Assembly: GCA_010909165.1 (NCBI GenBank)
Contig: MU008168.1
Coordinates: forward strand, 186,001-250,000
Length of the DNA stretch: 64,000 nt
Reading direction: 5' to 3'
DNA from: Anthoceros angustus
Taxonomy: Eukaryota; Plantae; Anthocerotophyta
The notes below the pieces were generated by a model. That model searched no databases and had not been told where the DNA came from. It was given only the letters and a program-made list of their open reading frames with translations. Shown in pieces: positions 51,188-61,151 of this stretch. A program made the position numbers and the translations under genes. Numbering within the stretch: the stretch's first letter is position 1; every line of letters begins with the position of its first letter.

Positions 51188-51322
51188 TCCCGATCTGCAA
51201 AAAGTCGTCCACGGATGTATCGATGTATCCCGATCTCCAAAAGGTCATCTCTGGATGTATACCGATCTCCAAAAGGTCATCTCTGGATCTATCCCATCTC
51301 CAAAAATTCGTCTCCGGATGTA
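51188..51322. repeat. ~32 bp tandem repeat x4
   Basis: CCGATCTCCAAAAGGTCATCTCTGGATGTA units. Confidence 0.8.
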
Positions 51323-51669
51323 GCCCCTCACACATGGCCAAAAAAAATAGCTCATGTTGGTAGGTCCCGCGAGGTACAACTCCTGGGGTTTGAGTCAAGT
51401 TTTAACTAGATATCAACTCGTACCCCGGTTTGCACCAAGTGTTTCACGTGTTACGTAGTTTGCTATTTGTAGGCACTGGGAAGACTTTATTTAAAAAAAA
51501 CGATGGGAAAACCTATCTACCCGAACGGAGGGGGGACAATCCACTAAAGGCCCAAGAGGTTGAAGGGGCTAGCCCCCACGAATGCCAACCCCAAAGCTAC
51601 CTACCGCCCTGATTATGTCGTGGTCCGAGATGAGGAAAGGCCTACCTACAAGTGGTGCCCATGACGCTA

Positions 51670-51960
51670 TATCTTCCGTGCTTGTTGCCGACCTGTAAAT
51701 AGCGTTGGCCAGCGCCCTCTGCAAAGTGATGGATACCCGCTGTCAAAAGAAAGCCACCACCGAGGAAAGAGGCAGACCCACCCATTCCGACGATTGTGGT
51801 AGGCTTCAACACAATTTTTAATGAGCTGGGAAAACTCCTTGCCCATAGTGTAGTGAGTCTCAATGGCGAGGGGGATGAAGGCGTGGCCATCCTGCAAAGG
51901 TCTATACTTGTGTACCTTAGCAGTCGCGCATCCCTCCGCCGCCCAGTCCCGGAGGGTTGA
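51670..51960 (-). mobile_element. 3' fragment of a restriction-like-endonuclease (REL) non-LTR retrotransposon
   Basis: RRDARLLRY...DGHAFIPLAIETHYTMGKEFSQLI and, in another frame, QRVSITLQRALANAIYR. Both are hallmark C-terminal motifs of CRE/R2-type elements. Confidence 0.7.
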
Positions 51961-51989
51961 TAATCACATGCCGATAAATGGAGTTCCAG

Positions 51990-52130
51990 AGCCCTTGCAC
52001 TTGTGTAGTTGCTGCGGACTTGGCATTGGTAGAAAATTGCGTTCTTGCATTTCGCAGTGCAGCATTCCTCCACACGTTTTTGTTGGCATCCTGTGGGGAA
52101 GCACGGCAGTGGAGTGCACGTTGAAGAAGT
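51990..52130 (+). pseudogene. Second, more degenerate PPR fragment related to 44647-44823
   Basis: GRKLRSCISQCSIPPHVFVG vs GRKMRCDALRSAIPPNVFVG, with clear nucleotide similarity. Confidence 0.55.
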
Positions 52131-52999
52131 GACATCGATATCGTGGGCTTCTAACATGAATGTCTGCATTTGGGGTTTGACATGGTACAGGATGGCACTG
52201 GCAGCTAGAGATCATGAAGCCACTTTGTGCATAAGGATTTCTTCAAAGCTTGGATCAGGATCTAGAATATCCAATGGGCATAAAGGATTTAGAATGCATC
52301 AAATCCCTACACAGCACCAAGTGCTATGATTAGCAGATGTGATGTGTTGTGATGTGATGTGTGAGAGACTGAAGAGTACCATCGAAGCGATCAATATCAC
52401 ATGGGATCACCACATATCTCAAACTAACCGCCACAATCAATTGTTGACACAACAGTTTACGTAGAGGATGAGGCTTCCCATACTCACATTGGCTTAGATA
52501 TGCTCTTGAGTCGCATTCCCAATTGAAAAAAATGCACCCCCAAGGACAATCAACTCAAGATTCAAATTCTATCCAAAGGTTGGTCTCTCAATCAACTTAG
52601 GATTTTAGATTCTATGCAAAGGTTGGTCTCTATGGATAGCCTGTTGCAAGACAAGGGCATTTACTGGAAGCTTCCTTCACACACCTTCATATGGTATCCG
52701 ATTTTCATACACAAAAACTTGGACAAACTATGTAGAGACATGACGAATGTTGGAAGCTTTTCTTGTTGGAAGCTTTTCTTCACCTGTCTCTTGTCCACTA
52801 TACTTGTGAGCAGCAAGGACAAAGGAGATTGTAAATCTCAAATAGCATCATGTCAATGATGGTTCATGCCCCAGCTCTTTATTCGAAGGCGCTTGATTGC
52901 GTCTAGAAGTTGTGTTAACACACATGTACAACAACAACATAGATTTTTTCTTAACTTTTTACAATCCAGCTACTAATTCCAGCCAAGGATCCATGCCAA

Positions 53000-54090
53000 G
53001 GCTCTTGGTGGCAAAACTCTCATTCGGGCAGGAGGAAGCCACCTCCAAGCCGGGCGTTGGTTTCAAATCAGCTCGATCTTCGTGAGGTTAGAGCACAAGG
53101 TGATGTATACTACTTGGTCTGCGCCGCCACCACGACCTTGATGTGCTCATGAGCTAGATCCAGCGACGTGAGTGAACATGGCGATGGGCATGGTGTCCAC
53201 CATCGTCCGAGGTCATGCACGAAATCCAACTCCCGATCTCAGACACACATTCTGAGTTTCACACTATGATCCTCCCCACGGCCAAGCACGTGCGGTCCCG
53301 CGACGCTGAATAGGTCAACGTAGAGGTAACAGCAGTGGCTTGGCCACCACGACCACGCGCTCAATGCCCGCTCCGGATCGTGGGTGAGCGGATCATGGTT
53401 TCCACAAACAAGAGAGCACGGTGCCCACAAATACTCCGTGCTGCCCAGCCCAAAGTTGAAGCCTCCAGCCCGGGCAAGTCGTTGGTTGTCTCACCCAGCC
53501 CCGGCGAGTCGGGCAAGGTGGAACGCCTCATGTCCAAATTAGGCGTCCGTGTGTTGTACCACCACCTTAAAGGAGCGCCATGGCATCCACGAACACACCC
53601 CACTTGCCCAATTCCCAAGTTTCCGGATTGCAAGGCGATCCAAGAGGCCCTCACCGGGTTCCCATAGCGACGACATCGCCCGCCACCACGCGCCAGCGAC
53701 ACGTGACCGCAGCCCGCTTGCCGACACCGAGGCGCCACCGGTAATGTCTCGGGATGTCTCCCCGGAGTGCGCCCGGCCACGTTCAGTGATCATCGGTTTC
53801 AGACATGGTGGGATCCGAGTCGGACCGATACCAGTTGAAGCGAGTAGTCGAGACGATGGAGGCCGGATCAGAATGTTGCAACGGCCGATCTCGCGCTCCA
53901 CCTCCCGATTCCCGCCGTTCCTTCAACAAGAAGGGCGACGCTACGGCCTCCTTCCAAGCTCACACGCCCGCCGTGGCCTTGTGAGACTCATCAACGGCAG
54001 CTGAGCCTGGATCTTGCCCACAAGATTGTTGGGCGATCGCCCACTCCACAACCTCCTCCCTCTCGCCGTTCTCGCATCATCCATCCATCC
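53000..54090 (-). pseudogene. F-box/kelch-type gene in the left arm (many frameshifts)
   Basis: EEVVEW.D.PNNLVGKIQAQLPLMSLTR...AWKEAVASPFLL. The 3' end (GGGFL) is shared with the copies at 38 and 40 kb. Confidence 0.75.
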
Positions 54091-55239
54091 GGACATCCAA
54101 GCCCTTTGCTTGGTTAATCGATTAATATGGCTAACCTCTCTTCACACTACACACACAAAACGCAAATCGCTTTTTGGTATACAACGTCAGCAAGTAGCTT
54201 TTGTGACAACACTAGGCTTTTCTAAGTATGACTACATATATAGTCTTCGGTAGGGTTTAAGATCGATATTAAATCTAGAAACTACTATCTTATCTCGCCC
54301 ATGAAGCATATTATATATTATTCTAATTTGTAAAATTATGATGCTTGAAATTCTAAATATGTCAAAGAATCAGTTTGGAGACCTTCTATCACTTTATGTG
54401 TTGTCTAAATTTCAAATTTTAATACTTGAAATTCTAAATATATCCGAATCGAACTTTGAAGGTCCTTCTACAAGATGCAAAGAAACAAGGTTGCAACGCT
54501 CAATTATAGATATCGGCTACACATAAAAATATCTTATATTTTTTCTCTTATACATCTAAACACTTGATCCATTTTATTATGACCTCTTCAATTAAGAGAG
54601 ACGAGAAACTTTAGGCAAAAGGAAAGAGGATGGGTGTATGCATGGTTAGGTGTAGCACTTCCATCTAAAAAAGGGAGTGGTAACTTGTTAAGTAGATGAT
54701 GGTAAAAATATGTTGACCTCTCTCAATTGAAGAGGTCATAATAAAATGGAGCAAGTGTTTAGATGTATAAGAGAAAAAATATAAGATATTTTTATGTGTA
54801 GCCGATATCTATAAATGAGCGTTGCAACCTTGTTTCTTTGCATCTTGTAGAAGGACCTTCAAAGCTCGATGATTGACATATTCAGAATTTCAAGTATTAA
54901 AAATTTGAAATTTAGACAAACACATAAAGTGATAGAAGGGTCTCCAAAACTGATTCTTTGACATATTTAGAATTTCAAGCATTATAATTTTACAAATTAG
55001 AATAATATATAATATGCTTCATGGAAGCGAGATAAGATAGTAGTTTCTAGATTTAATATCGATCTTAAACCCTACTGAAAGACTATATATGTAGCTATCA
55101 TACTTAGAAAAGCCTAGTGTTGTCTACCAAAAGCTACTTGCTTTTCAGACGTTGTATACCAAAAGCGACGGCTGCGTGTGTGTAGTTGGTGTGAAGAGAG
55201 GTTAGCCATATCAATCGCTTAACCAAGCAAAGTGCTTGG

Positions 55240-56330
55240 ATGTCCGTGATGGATGCGATGCGAGAACGGCGAGAGGGAGGAGGTTGTGGAGTGGGGCGAT
55301 CCGCCCAACAATCTTGTGGGCAAGATCCAGCCCACCGCCGCTGATGAGTCCGTCACGCGCAGAGCTGGAAGGAGGCCGTGAAGCGCCGCCTTCGTTGAAG
55401 GAACGGCGGAATCGGAGGTGGAGCGAGATTGGCGTCGCTTGCAACAGCTTCACAAGATCCAGCCCAGATCGACTCCTACGCTCACGACTCGGCCGGTATC
55501 GGGTCCACTCCGGATCCCACCATGTCTACGAAACCAGCATGATCACTTGAACGTCGCACTCTTCTTGTGGGAGACATCGATCCCGAGACATTACCGCAGT
55601 GGCGCCTGGGCAAGCGGGCGTGGCCGATGTCCGCTCGCTGGCCGTGGTGGCGGCGCATGTCGCCGCTATGATTTGGGGAACCTGGGGCCTCTTGACTGCT
55701 TGCCGATCCCGGAAACTTGGGAATTGGGCAAGTACGGTGTGTTCGTGGATGCCATGGCGCGCCTTTAAGGTGGTGGTGGTGCACAACACACGGACGCCTA
55801 ATTTGGACATGAGGCCCGCTCCCACGCCTTCGACTCCTGAGCCGGAGTGAGACAACCAACCACTTGCCCGGCCGGAGAGAGCTTCAACCGCTGGGCAGCA
55901 CGGAGTATTTGTGGGCACCGTGCTTTCATGCTTCGTGGGAAACCATGATCCGCTCACCCACGATCCGGAGCGGGCCGCTTGAGTCAAGGCTGGCGTTACC
56001 AAATTTTGTTACCCTACGCTGACCTATTCAACGGCGGACCGCCACCGTGCTTGGCCGTGGGAGGATCATGTGAAACTCACGAATGTGTATGCAGATCCGG
56101 GAGTTGGATTTCGCATGACTCGGACGATGGTGGACACCATGCCCATCGCCATGTTCACTCACGTCCTCTGGATGCTCATGAGCACATCAAGGTCGTGGTG
56201 GCGCGCAGACCAAGTAGTATACATCACCTGTGCTCTAACCTCACGAAGATCGTAGCTTGATTTGAAACCAACGCCTCGGCTTGGAGGTGGCTTCCTCCGC
56301 CCGAATGAGAGTTTTGCCACCAAGAGCCTT
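55240..56330 (+). pseudogene. F-box/kelch-type gene in the right arm (many frameshifts)
   Basis: Mirror copy: ENGEREEVVEW...NLVGKIQ...WKEAV, FVGTVL, DGGHHAHRHVHS, GGGFLRP. Confidence 0.75.
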
Positions 56331-56748
56331 CTGCATGGATCCTTGGCTGGAATTAGGTAGCTGGATTGTAAAAAGTTAAGAAAAAATCTATGTTGTTGTT
56401 GTACATGTGTGTTAACACAACTTCTAGACGCAATCAAGCGCCTTCGAATAAAGAGCTGGAGCATGAACCATCATTTTTTAAACCTGTTTCACATACACAT
56501 TAAAAGTTCTGGATGTCGGGTTTTAGTGTGGTTCGTGGATTTAGTTGTGGCTTACGTCCTTGATAGTGTGGAAGTGGAGCACGAGATCAAGGTGAGGTTG
56601 CCTGATTGTGTGTGGTGGTGTTTAGGGTAGATGGGAGAAGTTGTGGGAGAAGGGGGAAGTCGGTGGTGGTGTGGGAGAATGAGAAAGTTGGTGGTGGTGT
56701 GGGAGAATGGGGAACTTGGTGGTGATCTGGGATGCAGTGTTTCTAGCT

Positions 56749-57160
56749 GTGTGGGAGGCAGGGTTTGCGGCTGTGTGGGAAGCAGGGTTTGCGGCTGTGT
56801 GGGAGGCAGGGTTTGCGGCTGTGTGGGGGGCAGGGTTTGCGGCTGTGTGTGGGGCAGGGTTTGCGGCTTCGTGGGAGGTAGGGTTTGTGGCGGTGTGGGA
56901 GGAGGTGTGTGTGCGGTGGTGTGGGAGGAGGTGTGTATGCGGTGGTGTGGGAGGAGGTGGAGGTCACATATGGGAGGAGGTGGTGTGCGGTGTGGGAGGA
57001 GGTGGGTGCAAGTGTGGGAGGATGTGGGTGTGCGGCGGTGTGGGAGGATGTGGGTGTGCGGCGATGTTGGAGGAGGTGGGAGGACGGCGATGTGGGAGGA
57101 GTTCGTGTTCGGCGTCGTGGGAGGAGGTGGGAGGGTGGCGGTGTGGGAGGACGGTGGCGG
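56749..57160. repeat. G-rich 24-bp minisatellite x~6 grading into GTGGGAGGAG-type repeats
   Basis: GTGTGGGAGGCAGGGTTTGCGGCT units from 56749; the minus strand reads (TQPQTLPP)n. Confidence 0.85.
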
Positions 57161-57199
57161 TGTTGGAAAACTGCGGCAGCGGACATCGGCGTGATTGTG

Positions 57200-57610
57200 C
57201 GTGAAGGACTAGCTATGGGTTGGCAACAACTGAGATGTTATCGTAAGTGTCTACCTTTGTCCGCAAAAATTGCTGCCTTTTCACCTTCTAGCATTCAAAG
57301 GGAGAAGGGCTCACTCCTTCCTGCACAAATTGTCTGGATGTTCTTAACCCGCGCCCGTTCGTAACAGTTGATTCCATATGTCTTCACCCTTGATGAGGTA
57401 GGCCACATCCGGCATGAGAACCTCGTCCAAGCTGCTGATGATCAATGCTCGTGGAGCACTGTTTGCATTGGCCCACTTTTCTTTCTCCTCCTATGTGGCA
57501 GATGTGGTTGTTTCCTGGTACTGCCCACACATGATATCCCAGACATAGCAGAGCATGAAGGCTCCGTCCTCGACCGCTGTTGTTGAAGGTTCTAGGAATT
57601 TAAGTTTTTG
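57200..57610 (-). mobile_element. Ty1/copia gag (UBN2-like) remnant
   Basis: VWDIMCGQYQE...EEKEKWANANSAPRALIISSLDEVLMPDVAYLIKGEDIWNQL, with stops. Confidence 0.55.
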
Positions 57611-59399
57611 GACAAGGTACACAAGTTCACTTGGGAATGTGGACAGTGCGGTCCTGCAAATTACGCTCATCCATCGCCTTGACTTTGGTTTGTCATTGCT
57701 TTAGAGAGAAGGAAACTGTCAGATGTTCTTCATGTGTCTTGAATGTGCATATTGATTTGCTCAATGATTACCTCTGTTATTGTCAGCTGCTTCTGTTGTT
57801 AAAGCAGGAGGAAGCCCACAAAGTTCTTTTATTCTCATAGATGGTGACAACTGCTTGACATCTTAGAAGGCTTGTTGAACTTTTTGGACATCCCATACTG
57901 TTTAGAACATGGCGTGCGCAATGCAGCACTGTTTGGGCTAATCATGTCCTCTTTGGATTTATGTGTTGTAGAGTGGAGGATGTTTGGGTGGATGTAGGCA
58001 ATGTGGTGGCCCATCTTGTGGTGAAGTGGGAGGAGCCATCGTGGCAGTGTGGGAGTTGGAGGTGTGCCAGAGGTGGAGGTGTGACGGAGTCTGAGGTGTG
58101 CTGGAGTCTAAGTTGTTGGCGTCATGGTTGTGCTGGTGGTGGATGAGGCCGGAAAACCAGCTGCTCATGTAACAGTGTTTCTCAGCATAGGGGTTTGTCT
58201 CCAAACCCCATTTTGGCCCCAACCATCCAGAAATGCACATGTCTCATTTCATCGTTTTCTGATTTGCGAACCCAGCCCATGCATCCGAGCCCAAGGAAGA
58301 CCTAATGTGCCCACCGTCCGCACAAATGACGGACACACCTTTGTACCAAGTGGCCGGATGATCGACTTATGCTCCAAAGAGTCGGAGTGCACCAACGTCC
58401 GGCGACTTATACTCCAAAGAGGTGCAATACACCGGGTTTGGAGAGGGTTGCGTCAATACTTGTGTAGGCAAGCACTTTCGTTCAAGTTGCTTGTGCACAC
58501 TTGCCACCGCACCAACACTCACATCAATTCTCTTTTCAAACCCCGTGATTGAGCAATCCTGCACGCAGGCATGCCCCGACCGGCCCTCCGTGAGATAAGC
58601 CGCACTTAGATCTCAGATTGGCCCAGCTAGAATTGGACAAGGTAAAGGATGGTGAGGCCTCCTCAACCGCTCTTGATCAAACTCTTCGTAGCTTACATTT
58701 CTTCTTGTCAAGTCCGCATCGCTTTCAACCTTAATCTATCCATGGGTGGCACATGGAGCAAGTCGATCTTAAATTCAAAATCTCTGGCGAAGCTTGGCTA
58801 TAGTTCGTCTCTGAACACCTAGTCCGCACCGTAGTGTGGGCGCCATGGTATAGAGGTCCTCCTTCGAGCCTCACCGAAATACTCACCATTTGGTCAAAAC
58901 CCCATCGGGCGACTAGCCCTCTTTCTTCATACTACCGGCTCTCACTAGGGCTCGCAGGGCTGTGCAGATGCTCTCTTATGCTTGTGTTCGATCGCATCCG
59001 ATGTGCTTTCATTACTCAAGGAAAAATCATCTATTCTATTTATTTTCTTGCTTCTCCGCAAAACATTGTGAAACATTGTCGCCTTCAAAAGGTTGGCCAT
59101 TAGAAACCACCATCATACATGTCGAATTTTGGAAAATGTAGCTCATCTAGAAACCAAGGCCTATGCATCTATACGTGCATCAAACTCGAATGAGCGGACA
59201 TTTGGCGCACCAATCAAAGAGATCCATGCAAGTCATCGGAAGGGCACATAGAGTAAGGCCAAAAGGTTTTACATGTTGTATACAAAGCGAATGTGGAATA
59301 TAACATCAACCAACAAATGATTTTCAAAAATAATATTCATGACTTTACGCCTAGATACCGGATGATTTACAAATTTTTCAAACCACTAAAAATCAACAC

Positions 59400-60015
59400 T
59401 CCATCCTAGTATTGATACGCCTCTAGGTTGCTTAAGAGTGGAGTTGTTACAAAGTTTTCAAAGCGCCAAAAACAAGCAAGCCATCCTAGCACTAATCTGA
59501 CCCAAGAGTGCATAACTGGGAAGTTCTAAAAGCACCAAAGTCAAGCACCCCATCCTAGTACTGATCTGACCCGGGAGTGCTTATCCATGGAGTTCTTACA
59601 CCATTGGGTCTATCTGCACCTAACCGAAGCTGATGCTTCTTATAGAAGACAAACAATAAATATACATGTGCGCCGGACGTCCGGCGCATCCACTCCACCA
59701 TTTCCATCTCGCTGGACGCCCACAAGATTGGGGTCTCAGAAAATGCGCCGGACGTCCGGCGCAGGCTTTAGCAGACTCGCGCCAATGTGCCGAACGTCCG
59801 CATTGTTCCAATTCCTTCTATGTTTTCACTCTAACAATGGAGATCCTGTGGTTGTGTACTCACAGTGCACCGACGCCCTTACTTTTAGAGTCGTAGTTTG
59901 GTCCTCTCGAGATGGCCATGATCGCTATCGGTTAATGTTCTTCACAATTGCGGACGTCCGCTGTTTTTCGCTTGAATTGCTACTTTTCGTGTTGGTTGCC
60001 GGACGTCCGTAGCTT
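59400..60015. repeat. Clustered short motifs typical of LTR-element internal regions: CCATCCTAGTA-type x3 and palindromic (C)CGGACGTCCG(G) x~5
   Basis: CCATCCTAG near 59401, 59481 and 59551. GCGCCGGACGTCCGGCGC near 59668 and 59745, with shorter variants near 59792, 59950 and 59998. Confidence 0.55.
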
Positions 60016-61151
60016 TGGCTTGGACTAATTTTGTTTGGTTTGCCTCTCTCACCCCGCTAGGAAGTACTATCGCTGCGAAAGAGGTGTTTAGGATTCCTAG
60101 CACCGTTAAAAATCCTTGAAATCCCTTCCTTGTGAAGGTGAAATCCATGAACCTTCTTGGCTTCAACCACATTAGCGTAAGTATTCACGAGAAAATAACA
60201 TGGTCAATGTCTTTCAAGACATGTCTAAAGAGTGGTTTTGCTAAAGATGATGCATTTTGGCCTGCTGGGTCATTTTTGGTCTTTAGGGACCCAAACCCCT
60301 TTAATGGAGAATAACCCCTATGCTGAGAGACGCTGTTATGTGGTGGATCTGGGCTGGAGATGGACCTGGCAAAGGTCTGGAGATGGACCTTCTGGTTGGA
60401 GAGAAGGAAGTGATTGATGAAGGGATGTTCGTTGTGGTTGCTAGAGAGAAGGGCGTGCAAGATGGGAGCTCGCTGTCTTCTATTACAATTGTTTGTGGTC
60501 TTCATGGATTTGACGTAATCCACATTTGCTGATTCGGTGCTGACCCTGTTTTCTGCTTTCCGTCTTGCAGGATTGCATAGCCTAATAAGATGGCTGTCTT
60601 TGAAGAGGAGCTTGAAACATGATAATCTTGGAAGGGGGTTAATATACAAACCCCCTTCCGCACAACTGAAACCCCCTTCACAAAAAAGACACCGTTCGGG
60701 AAATGCAAAATACGTCGAATCCTCCGTTTACAGCACCATGCTAAATACGAAAGGGGAAAAAAACATTGATATTTCACAATTCATAAAACAGAGATCGGGC
60801 GCGGCTGGCCGGGCGCCAGAGTATCCTTGCCGGCTATGCTTTGACACAAGTAATGAAAGAAAATGATATCATCGCTTCAAAACCCTCTTCCGTCCCTCGA
60901 ATATAGTCTTTCCTCTACAAAGATCCCTCAGCGGTGATCGAGACTCATCTGCGCTTGGGTGGCTTCAATCTAAAACAATCGCCAGTTGCGCATGCTCCAA
61001 TTCTACATCAAGCCGCTACCGCTGGCCTTCGCTTCATCATCTTCTGCGTTGTCGCCTGCCCTTGTCGCCACCACTCCTGCATCGCACATGATCTGTGGTT
61101 TGTTGTCCTTCCTCTAGCAAGTCCCCTGCTTATGCTTTCATCCTTCTTGCA

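Larger units (their letters stand above)
52855..56475. repeat. 3.6-kb inverted repeat (arms ~52855-54600 and ~54720-56475, ~119 bp spacer)
   Basis: AATGATGGTTCATGC at the left end mirrors GCATGAACCATCATT at the right end. The arms match by eye along their length, most closely in the AT-rich inner part. Confidence 0.95.

Noticed and set aside
51400-51445. Helitron 3' end (CTAGT on the minus strand)
   Set aside because: No convincing GC-rich subterminal hairpin.
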